DNA from: Pseudomonadales bacterium
GTDB lineage: Bacteria; Pseudomonadota; Gammaproteobacteria; Pseudomonadales; JAHEIH01
Assembly (NCBI GenBank): GCA_035458985.1
Contig: DATHYR010000041.1
Location: 16,910 to 80,909, forward strand
DNA length: 64,000 bases
Direction: 5' to 3'
The stretch's first letter is position 1, and the number at the start of each line of letters is the position of its first letter. Shown one piece after another: positions 41,946 through 49,963 of this stretch. Below the pieces are notes generated by a model. It was given only the letters and a program-made list of their open reading frames with translations. It made no database searches and was not told where the DNA came from. A program made the translations under genes and the position numbers.

Positions 41946-43358
41946 GTGAGCGATAAAATTCCCTTACAAGATATCTCAGACATGGCGCCTGCTGAAGTCT
42001 GCGAGGTCGACCTTTACCAAAAGCGTGAAAAAATATATACCCGTAAGATCGAAGGTTTTTTTCAACGTATTCGCCTCCTCACCGGCTGGCCGTTATTAGC
42101 AGGTTACTTCTTACTTCCTTGGTTAAACTGGGGAGATCGACAGTCCGTACTGTTTGATTTACCTGCCCGTCAGTTTCATATTTTGGGCTTAACCTTTTGG
42201 CCGCAAGATATGAGTTTATTGGCCTGGGTATTAATCATCGCCGCCTGGTCACTCTTTTTTATCACGGTATGGGCCGGGCGTGTATGGTGTGGCTATACCT
42301 GTCCACAAACGGTGTGGACCAGTATGTTTATGTGGGCAGAACAATTTGCCGAGGGGACCCGCAACCAACGTATTAAATTGGACAATGCGCCGATCTCATT
42401 CAATAAAATTTGGCGAAAAAGTTTCAAACAGGCGATGTGGCTTGGCATTGCGTTTGTCACAGGCGTGACATTTATAGGTTACTTTTACCCCATCCGCTCA
42501 CTCATACCCGACTTGATGAGCCTTGAGGTCAATCATTGGGCGGCGGCTTTTATATTGTTTTTTACTGTGGCGACCTACATCAATGCCGGCTATTTACGTG
42601 AACAAGTCTGTATTTACATGTGCCCTTATGCCCGCTTTCAGTCAGTTATGTTTGATGCCGATACACTGATCGTTAGCTACAACCCCGAACGAGGAGAACC
42701 ACGCGGTGCTCGGAAACGCCATGAGACAAAGCCTGATACCCTTGGCGACTGTATCGATTGTGATTTATGTGTTCAGGTATGCCCGACGGGCATAGACATT
42801 CGCAATGGCCTTCAAATTGAGTGCATTACTTGTGCACTATGCATCGATGCTTGCAACTCTGTCATGGACAAGATGGGCTACGACAAAGGGCTTATTAGTT
42901 ACACCAGCGAAAATGCACTTAAAGGTAAAAAAACACATTGGTTTAGGCCCCGCTTGGTTGGTTATGGTGTGGCTATCTTGGTGATGATAATTGCCTTTGG
43001 TATACGTATATACACTAGGATTCCCTTAGAAGTGGATGTGACAAGAGACAGAAATACCCTCTTTAGCACGAACAGCATGGGACTGATCGAAAATACCTAC
43101 ACGCTTAAGATTATTAATATGGATAATCAAACACATCTATTCGAGGTCAAGGCGACGGGTATAGAGGCGCTCTCCATGATCGGTCGCGAGACGATCAATG
43201 CTGCACCTGGTGAAATTGTAGAGCTGCCCCTTCGTTTAGTCGCAGACCCCGCGTTTCTGAAAAAAACATCCACCACGATTGAATTTATTGTTAGCTCGAC
43301 AGATGGCCAACTCTCTCACACAACAGAAAGTCGATTTTTGGGCCCTAGGACAATGTAA
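41946..43358 (+). CDS. ccoG: cytochrome c oxidase accessory protein CcoG (polyferredoxin)
   Basis: GRVWCGYTCPQT, then two 4Fe-4S motifs CIDCDLCVQVCP and CITCALCIDAC. 470 aa. GTG start. Confidence 0.9.
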   Translation: MSDKIPLQDISDMAPAEVCEVDLYQKREKIYTRKIEGFFQRIRLLTGWPLLAGYFLLPWLNWGDRQSVLFDLPARQFHILGLTFWPQDMSLLAWVLIIAAWSLFFITVWAGRVWCGYTCPQTVWTSMFMWAEQFAEGTRNQRIKLDNAPISFNKIWRKSFKQAMWLGIAFVTGVTFIGYFYPIRSLIPDLMSLEVNHWAAAFILFFTVATYINAGYLREQVCIYMCPYARFQSVMFDADTLIVSYNPERGEPRGARKRHETKPDTLGDCIDCDLCVQVCPTGIDIRNGLQIECITCALCIDACNSVMDKMGYDKGLISYTSENALKGKKTHWFRPRLVGYGVAILVMIIAFGIRIYTRIPLEVDVTRDRNTLFSTNSMGLIENTYTLKIINMDNQTHLFEVKATGIEALSMIGRETINAAPGEIVELPLRLVADPAFLKKTSTTIEFIVSSTDGQLSHTTESRFLGPRTM

Positions 43359-43837
43359 TGCGCGACGACTCAAGTAAATGGTATTCAAATTTTTGGCCAT
43401 GGTTCATCATCGGCCTTATGGGAACGGCCATTACGGCAAGCCTTATTACGGTATACATTGCCATAGAGGGTAGCGACGATATCGTTAGCGACACTTACTA
43501 CAAAGATGGTTTGGCAATTAATCAAGTTCTTGAACAAGACGAGCTAGCCAAGACATTGGAGCTGAAAGCGCAACTTTATTTGTCAACCGACAAGGTCATT
43601 GCAAACGTGATGAGCGTCGCCCCGCTGCCCGATCAAATCATCTTGAAGTTAATTCATCCTGCGGATGACATGCTTGATCAAACCATTTTTCTTTTTCACG
43701 AGGGCAATGGCCAATACCAAGGCGCCGGTAAAAAAGCGACACAGCGCTATTACCTGCAGCTTATCGGCTCTCACGAAGGCCAAATGTGGCGCTTGAATGG
43801 GGAGTTTCACCCTGGCATTGACGTTGTTGCCATGTAA
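43358..43837 (+). CDS. ccoH: FixH/CcoH family protein
   Basis: 159 aa. N-terminal WPWFIIGLMG TM segment. Sits between ccoG and ccoI with TAATG coupling. Confidence 0.8.
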   Translation: MRDDSSKWYSNFWPWFIIGLMGTAITASLITVYIAIEGSDDIVSDTYYKDGLAINQVLEQDELAKTLELKAQLYLSTDKVIANVMSVAPLPDQIILKLIHPADDMLDQTIFLFHEGNGQYQGAGKKATQRYYLQLIGSHEGQMWRLNGEFHPGIDVVAM

Positions 43838-43839
43838 AC

Positions 43840-46239
43840 ATGTCTATGGATCGCTGTTACCACTGCCATGAGCCGCTGCCGAGCAAACTCACGATCGTTG
43901 CTAACATCGATGGGCAAAATCAACCTATGTGCTGTTATGGCTGCAAAGCTGTGGCCGAATCTATCGCGGGGGCAGGTCTTAAACAGTATTACCAATACCG
44001 CACGTCACCTGCCATTAAAGCCGAGCAACATTCTGGCGAGGATTACCAACTCTTTGATCAAACTGCATTCAATCGTGAATTTGTGCACCAAGATCAACAC
44101 GGCCATCAATGTGCCGACATACTCATCGAGGGTGTGAGCTGTGCCGCGTGTAGTTGGCTCATTGAAAACTCAATTGCCCCCATGCCAGGCGTTCAAAATA
44201 TACATTTTAACCTGCAAGATAAACGACTAAGGCTGACATGGGATCAGCAACAATCAAAGCTGTCTGACGTTATTCAGCGGCTGGCAAATTTAGGTTATCG
44301 TCCCAAACCCTACCTCCCTGACGCGCTAAAAGACAGCCACAGAAAAGAGCATTACTTATTCCTAAAACGTTTGGGTGTCGCGTTTATTGGCATGATGCAA
44401 GTGGGTATGTTTGCTATTGGCCTCCACGCGGGAGAAGCCAGTGATATCACCGAAGAACACCGCGATTTATTGCGTTGGGTTAGCGCGTTGGTCACTACGC
44501 CGGTCGTGTTTTATTCAGCCGGTGTATTTTTTAGCAATGCATGGCGCGGTCTTAAAGCAAAAAGTACAAGTATGGACTTACCCGTTAGCATCGCTATCGG
44601 CATTGCCTATGTGCTAAGTCTCGTTGCCACGGTACAAGGCAATGGAGAAGTCTATTACGACTCCATTATTATGTTTACGTTTTTATTACTGTTGGGCCGT
44701 TACGTAGAAATGCGGGCTCGACATCAGCTTGGGGACCCAGCAACAGCGCTACGCGCCATTTTACCACGCAGTGCTACGGTGCTGAGGCAAGCAGACAAGC
44801 AATGGATACCATTGGCAACAGCGCTAAACGAAATACAGGTGGGGGACAGACTCCTCATTAAACCCGGTGAAGTCATTCCGGTGGACGGCCTCGTTGTGGA
44901 AGGACTGTCGAGTGTTGATGAATCCACCTTCACCGGAGAGTCGATACCGCAAAATAAGTCCATTGGAGATCATCTTCTTGGCGGTACGATCAATATTGAG
45001 TCTCCGCTACAGGTTGAAGTGTCTCACGATCTCAATCATTCGAGATTGCATGCGGTGTATGACATGCTAGTCAACGCACAAGCACACAAACCGAAAATTG
45101 CCGCGATGGTAGATGCGCTGGCGGTCAAATTTATCTCCATAGTACTTTTCTTATCATTTATCACGGCGGCGTACTGGTATTACACAGCGCCACAGGACGC
45201 CGTATGGATTGGCCTCTCTGTGCTTGTTGTCAGCTGCCCCTGCGCACTGTCACTGGCCACGCCAACCGCACTCACAGCGGCGGTTACCCGACTTAAAGCC
45301 ATGGGCTTACTGGTCGTCTCGGGTGATGTTATCGATAAATTTAGGCACATTGACACCGTGGTGTTTGATAAGACCGGCACGCTAACCACGGGGCACATTC
45401 AGCTTGCCGCCTGTTTGAACGTGGCCGAGCTAGATCAAGCCACCTGTTTGGCGATAGCTTGTGCTATGGAACGCGACAGCGAACATCCCATCGCCCGGGC
45501 ATTTCGTCATTCAACCGAACAGCACATTGTCCTCGAACAGCGACGAAACATACCCGGCAGCGGCGTCGAAGCGTGGTTAGATGGCCACCTCTACCGCTTA
45601 GGAAAACCTGACTTTAGCTGCGATAAAAGTGTCACACCGCCCTACTCCGGCCAATGGATTTGTCTGTCTCGAGACGGTGAACTCGTGGCTTGGTTTGAAC
45701 TCTCAGACAGCCTGCGCAAGGAAGCCGCGGAGACGATCCAAATGCTCCAGCGACATGGCATGAGGGTCGATATTTTGAGTGGGGATAGCCCGTATGCCGT
45801 GGCCAAGGTAGCTCATGAGCTGGGCGTTGAGCACTGGCAAGCGGGTGTAAGTCCTGAACAAAAACTGACCTACTTAAGAACGCTTCAATCCCAGGGCCAT
45901 CGTGTCTTAATGGTGGGTGATGGCATTAATGATGTTGGTGTACTCGCTGGCGCAGACCTGTCGGTGGCGATGAGCATGGCAAGCGAACTCGCGAAAACCA
46001 ACGCCGATTTAATTTTACTCAATCCTGATCTACGTGCCCTGCAACAAGGGATGAGCATTGCTTCACGATGCGATGTCGTCATTAAACAAAATATCGCGTG
46101 GTCCTTGCTATATAACGCATCCGCCATTCCCTTGGCGATGATGGGTTGGGTACAGCCTTATCAAGCGGCCATAGGCATGTCATTGAGCTCGCTTGTGGTG
46201 GTCATTAATGCGCTCAGGTTTAAAGGAATGCGTCAATGA
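43840..46239 (+). CDS. ccoI: copper-translocating P1B-type ATPase CcoI/FixI
   Basis: N-terminal CYHCHE and GVSCAACS metal-binding motifs, TM CPC (SCPCAL), phosphorylation site DKTGTLT, and GDGINDVG. Confidence 0.92.
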   Translation: MSMDRCYHCHEPLPSKLTIVANIDGQNQPMCCYGCKAVAESIAGAGLKQYYQYRTSPAIKAEQHSGEDYQLFDQTAFNREFVHQDQHGHQCADILIEGVSCAACSWLIENSIAPMPGVQNIHFNLQDKRLRLTWDQQQSKLSDVIQRLANLGYRPKPYLPDALKDSHRKEHYLFLKRLGVAFIGMMQVGMFAIGLHAGEASDITEEHRDLLRWVSALVTTPVVFYSAGVFFSNAWRGLKAKSTSMDLPVSIAIGIAYVLSLVATVQGNGEVYYDSIIMFTFLLLLGRYVEMRARHQLGDPATALRAILPRSATVLRQADKQWIPLATALNEIQVGDRLLIKPGEVIPVDGLVVEGLSSVDESTFTGESIPQNKSIGDHLLGGTINIESPLQVEVSHDLNHSRLHAVYDMLVNAQAHKPKIAAMVDALAVKFISIVLFLSFITAAYWYYTAPQDAVWIGLSVLVVSCPCALSLATPTALTAAVTRLKAMGLLVVSGDVIDKFRHIDTVVFDKTGTLTTGHIQLAACLNVAELDQATCLAIACAMERDSEHPIARAFRHSTEQHIVLEQRRNIPGSGVEAWLDGHLYRLGKPDFSCDKSVTPPYSGQWICLSRDGELVAWFELSDSLRKEAAETIQMLQRHGMRVDILSGDSPYAVAKVAHELGVEHWQAGVSPEQKLTYLRTLQSQGHRVLMVGDGINDVGVLAGADLSVAMSMASELAKTNADLILLNPDLRALQQGMSIASRCDVVIKQNIAWSLLYNASAIPLAMMGWVQPYQAAIGMSLSSLVVVINALRFKGMRQ

Positions 46240-46403
46240 ATAGCTTATATCTACTCATACCCATTGCGCTTTTCTTTGCTATTGTGGTGATCATCTTACT
46301 GTTCTGGTCTATCAACAGCGGCCAATACGACGATTTAGATAACGAAGCCAGCCGCATCCTATTTGATGACGACACACCTAAAGACAAGGACTCAAAGCAA
46401 TGA
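46236..46403 (+). CDS. ccoS: cbb3 oxidase maturation protein CcoS/FixS (55 aa, not in the ORF track)
   Basis: Hand translation: MNSLYLLIPIALFFAIVVIILLFWSINSGQYDDLDNEASRILFDDDTPKDKDSKQ*. Single TM plus the SGQYDDL motif. ATGA overlaps at both ends (ccoI stop and next gene start). Confidence 0.8.
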   Translation: MNSLYLLIPIALFFAIVVIILLFWSINSGQYDDLDNEASRILFDDDTPKDKDSKQ

Positions 46404-47065
46404 TCGAGGGGTTTGTCGCCGCTGTGTTGATGGGTTTGGCAGGCAGTGGCCATTGCATGGGTATGTGTGGCGGTATCGCCGCTGCCCTGGGACAACAACA
46501 ATCCAACGCGCTTCGCATCACGCTATTTAACTTAAGCCGAATATCTAGCTATGCCATCATCGCGGCGTTGGTGGGCTCAAGTATTGCTATTCTTGGTCCC
46601 GATTTCAAAATGTTGATGCCTATCTTACGCTTAATGGCGGGCTTGCTGCTCATAGCCATGGGGCTGTATCTGTTAGATTGGTGGCGTGGCATTCAATTCC
46701 TTGAGCGTGGTGGTGCCGTTTTATGGCGTAGCTTACAACCCATAAGCCGACGCTTGATGGGGCGTAGAACACTTCCTAGCACGGTCGCTCTTGGCTTGCT
46801 TTGGGGATTTTTACCCTGTGGTCTTGTCTATTCCGCCCTCAGCTGGTCAATCGCTTACAGTGGAGATACAAACGCCGCTTGGCTCATGCTGGGCTTTGGG
46901 GTCGGCACTCTTCCTTCGATGTTAGCCACCAGTTTCACTGGCGCGTGGCTACAAAAGCTATTTCGTCAACGTACGACACGATCCATTGTGGCGGTCAGTA
47001 TGATGATATTTGGTCTTTGGACGGCCGCCATGCCGATCATGAAAATGCTCACTGCGTTGCACTAA
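46400..47065 (+). CDS. TauE/SafE- or DsbD_2-like membrane protein associated with ccoS
   Basis: 221 aa, six TM. GSGHCMGMCGGI motif at the N-terminus and LPCGLVY later. Conserved position after ccoS. Confidence 0.7.
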   Translation: MIEGFVAAVLMGLAGSGHCMGMCGGIAAALGQQQSNALRITLFNLSRISSYAIIAALVGSSIAILGPDFKMLMPILRLMAGLLLIAMGLYLLDWWRGIQFLERGGAVLWRSLQPISRRLMGRRTLPSTVALGLLWGFLPCGLVYSALSWSIAYSGDTNAAWLMLGFGVGTLPSMLATSFTGAWLQKLFRQRTTRSIVAVSMMIFGLWTAAMPIMKMLTALH

Positions 47066-49076
47066 TGTCAATGATTCTATCTGCTGCGGCTAGACAATCT
47101 GGTCGATGTGCCACCATCAGTATCGTTAACCCAAGCGCTGGCTCGCGCAGCGCTTGCATGAGTCTTTTCTCCGCCAACACATCCAAATGACTGGTCGCCT
47201 CATCGAGCAATAACACGGCGGGTTGTCGATAGAGTGCTCGTGCAATTTGCACACGCTGTGCTTGTCCTGCACTCAAGCCATGACCGTATTCGCCGACCGG
47301 GGTATCAAGCCCCATCGGTAAATCTGCCAACACGCGATCAACACCGGACACAATGCACACGTGACGTAATCGTTGCCCATCGGGAGAGGGATCGAAGTGA
47401 CAAATATTGTCTTGTATACTGCCGCTCAACAAGCCATCGCCCTGCAGTACCGCGGCTACTTGCTCGCGCTGACACCCCCAACGGATAGATGCTGTATGTG
47501 TTTCCAACCCCAGTAGGGCTCGCATTAAGGTCGATTTTCCACATCCACTGCGTCCCGCAATGGCGACACACTCTCCCGGTTCTAAGGTAAGACGAAGGTG
47601 ACGGCCTTCCACCCTCAATATCTCCGGTTGGATATAGGCAAAAAGATGATTGTCCGGCTGCCGCTCGGTCATGGCGATATCTGCTAAACGATCTCGATGA
47701 ACAGGTAACAAACGAAGTGTTAGTAAGGCCGATACAAGGCCTTGGCTAGCACTGGCAAATCGCCCTTTGTAAGCTAGAAAAGCGAATAACATGCCGATGG
47801 TCATGTGCTGTTGCATCACCATATGGGCCGCCCAGTACACCAAGACAATGTGCTCAAGACCTTGTAAGGCACGTAAGGTCGTGTCTAATCTCACTTGCCA
47901 AAACTTAGCGTTGACATCAGCGCCATTGAAGTCGTGTAATTTGTCACACCACTGATCGCTTCGATCCTGACGAGCACCCATTTGCGCGATGGTTTGAACC
48001 ATGGCAATACTCTCTATGAAATGGCCATCAAGGGTCGCCCGCGATTGAACTGCCTGCTGCTGAGCACGCTTAATCCATCCACTACTCAACCACACGACAA
48101 GGACATACATCACCGTACTTGCCAACACGATACCACTCAACAATGGGCTATATAGCCACATGGCAAACAAGGCGGCTAGGGCCAAGATTCCATCCACAAT
48201 ACTCACCGCGAGTTGCTGACTGAATAGCTCTCGAAAATAATCAATGGCATTAAAACGAGACTGGATGTCACCGATGTGTCGCGCCGCAAAGAATCTTAGG
48301 GGTAGTGTCATTAAATGGCGAAATAATCGCTCACCAAGCTGTCGTTGCAACGCGGCAGAGAAACGCAATACCACGGCATCCCGAAGGTATTGTAGGGTTG
48401 TTTGAAACACCAATAACCAGGTAAACCCAAACGCCAAACTCCCCAGTAAAGCACCATCCAAGCGAAGCACGACATCGTCGACGACGGTTTGAACATACAG
48501 CGGCGAAAGCAACAAACAGGCCTGTAAAACGACAGATAGCAGCGCAACGGTCACCACCTGGCTGGCTACCGAAGCACTGTATAGCAATGGTCGCAAGGCA
48601 AATATCGGGAGGGGCTGACATGGCGCTGTGGCCTTGCCTCGTTGTAATAGCATCGCCACACCGGTGAAATGCCGGGCCATTTCGTTACTCGATAACCACC
48701 GTTCACCTCGTGCGGGATCGTGGATGAGATGCCTACCAAAACGGCGCCTCACATAGACCACGAAATGATTGAAATCCCAGTGCAACACCATTGGTGAGGT
48801 TTGCACCGCCAAATCAGTCAACGATAGGCTATACACTTGCCCTTCTAGCCCATAACTATGGGCAATTGCTCGCAACTGTTTCACTGTATTACCACGTCCT
48901 GCATTACCAAAACGTTCACGCAATTGTTTTAAACTAACGCCGACCCCGTGGTAATCAAAGCACATAGCTAAACACGCCAAACCACACTCGGCGGCTTCGG
49001 CTTGCCAAATCATGGGGATTTTTCGTCCGACGTTAAGCCGCCACCAGGGGCGTGTGTAAACTAGGGTTCCTTCCAT
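47049..49076 (-). CDS. peptidase-C39-domain ABC exporter (PCAT, CvaB-like bacteriocin/microcin transporter)
   Basis: 675 aa. N-terminal C39 motifs QAEAAECGLACLAMC (catalytic Cys), HWDFNHFVV (His) and HDP. Six-TM domain. NBD with GRSGCGKST, LSAGQAQRVQIARAL, LLLDEATSHLD, MVAHR. GAGAGGTG RBS. Confidence 0.88.
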   Translation of the reverse strand: MEGTLVYTRPWWRLNVGRKIPMIWQAEAAECGLACLAMCFDYHGVGVSLKQLRERFGNAGRGNTVKQLRAIAHSYGLEGQVYSLSLTDLAVQTSPMVLHWDFNHFVVYVRRRFGRHLIHDPARGERWLSSNEMARHFTGVAMLLQRGKATAPCQPLPIFALRPLLYSASVASQVVTVALLSVVLQACLLLSPLYVQTVVDDVVLRLDGALLGSLAFGFTWLLVFQTTLQYLRDAVVLRFSAALQRQLGERLFRHLMTLPLRFFAARHIGDIQSRFNAIDYFRELFSQQLAVSIVDGILALAALFAMWLYSPLLSGIVLASTVMYVLVVWLSSGWIKRAQQQAVQSRATLDGHFIESIAMVQTIAQMGARQDRSDQWCDKLHDFNGADVNAKFWQVRLDTTLRALQGLEHIVLVYWAAHMVMQQHMTIGMLFAFLAYKGRFASASQGLVSALLTLRLLPVHRDRLADIAMTERQPDNHLFAYIQPEILRVEGRHLRLTLEPGECVAIAGRSGCGKSTLMRALLGLETHTASIRWGCQREQVAAVLQGDGLLSGSIQDNICHFDPSPDGQRLRHVCIVSGVDRVLADLPMGLDTPVGEYGHGLSAGQAQRVQIARALYRQPAVLLLDEATSHLDVLAEKRLMQALREPALGLTILMVAHRPDCLAAADRIIDISATQ

Positions 49077-49094
49077 GGAACACCTCTCATTGTG

Positions 49095-49364
49095 TTAGAG
49101 GGTTTTCAAGAGCAAACCTGTGACAAAAAGCACACCGGCAATACCATGCAGCGAATTCACTAGCGTGGACTTGACCTGGACCTTGCCAAGCTTGGCACTG
49201 ATAAATCGAACATTGTCAGGCAAGGGGAACAGAATCATAATAATCCCTAACGCCCACAAGACGTCTCCCCATGCCTGTTGCTGAATGTGTAACATAGCAT
49301 TGGCCATGGCTAAACAAAGCAAGATTATCAGCATGGCCATTAGGCCATTTTTCTTCATATCCAT
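49095..49364 (-). CDS. small three-helix membrane protein, candidate immunity protein
   Basis: MDMKKNGLMAMLIILLCLAMANAML...ALGIIMILFPL...GIAGVLFVTGLLL. Located between the peptide gene and the PCAT gene. Start chosen at the second ATG (AAAGG 9 nt upstream); the track start is 49373. Confidence 0.5.
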   Translation of the reverse strand: MDMKKNGLMAMLIILLCLAMANAMLHIQQQAWGDVLWALGIIMILFPLPDNVRFISAKLGKVQVKSTLVNSLHGIAGVLFVTGLLLKTL

Positions 49365-49404
49365 AACTGTCATCCTTTCACTGTGGTCATCCCTGAAGAT
49401 TAAA

Positions 49405-49427
49405 TGTGGCCCGCTGGGCGAGCCACA
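49405..49427 (-). terminator. stem-loop (possible partial terminator/attenuator) just after the peptide gene
   Basis: Minus-strand RNA UGUGGCUCG-CCCAG-CGGGCCACA forms a 9-bp stem with one G-U pair, followed by UUUAAUCUU. It begins 10 nt after the peptide stop codon. Confidence 0.45.
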
Positions 49428-49436
49428 CGCGGCGAC

Positions 49437-49640
49437 TTAATACTCGTTAAATAAGTCGTAGACCTCGCTTCCCAGCCAATTTCCTAATGTGTTAGCACCG
49501 TAAAAATTGGCCGTTTCATAAGACTGCTTATAGGTCACACCAATAGTCGCAATGAGGCCAAGCGCTTGCACCCAGCCTCCGGCTACGTGATCTAGCATGT
49601 CATCTTCAAGTGTTAGTAAGTCAGTATTGTAATCATCCAT
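49437..49640 (-). CDS. double-glycine leader peptide precursor (class II microcin/bacteriocin-like)
   Basis: MDDYNTDLLTLEDDMLDHVAGG|WVQALGLIATIGVTYKQSYETANFYGANTLGNWLGSEVYDLFNEY. Leader has L-15, L-12, L-7, V-4, G-2, G-1. AGAGGA lies 8 nt before the ATG at 49640; the track start at 49649 has no usable spacing. Adjacent to PCAT and HlyD genes. Confidence 0.75.
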   Translation of the reverse strand: MDDYNTDLLTLEDDMLDHVAGGWVQALGLIATIGVTYKQSYETANFYGANTLGNWLGSEVYDLFNEY

Positions 49641-49737
49641 GATTAACATCCTCTGTTGTGATGCCGCTACAGGATTGCAGCGACACTCTTAGTATTAGCC
49701 AGATGATTGACAGTCACCACTGCACCGACAGCCAGAA

Positions 49738-49941
49738 TTAGCTGAAAAATGTCAGTAAGCCCTGCCGATTATTGATGTTTAATTTGCGATATATATTGGA
49801 GCAATGAAATTTCACCGTTCGCTCCTCGATATGCAGATTTCTGGCAATCACTTTATTTGGTCGCCCCAATAGGAGTTCGCCAAATACCTGTGACTCACGT
49901 GGTGATAACAAACGACTTAGTTCTGATATTACATCTCTCAT
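49738..49941 (-). CDS. LuxR/GerE-type HTH-only transcriptional regulator (67 aa)
   Basis: LSPRESQVFGELLLGRPNKVIARNLHIEERTVKFHCSNIYRKLNINNR is the LuxR C-terminal DNA-binding domain. There is no receiver or ligand-binding domain. AAGGAG RBS. Confidence 0.8.
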   Translation of the reverse strand: MRDVISELSRLLSPRESQVFGELLLGRPNKVIARNLHIEERTVKFHCSNIYRKLNINNRQGLLTFFS

Positions 49942-49963
49942 AGCTGATCTCCTTATCTAGCTA

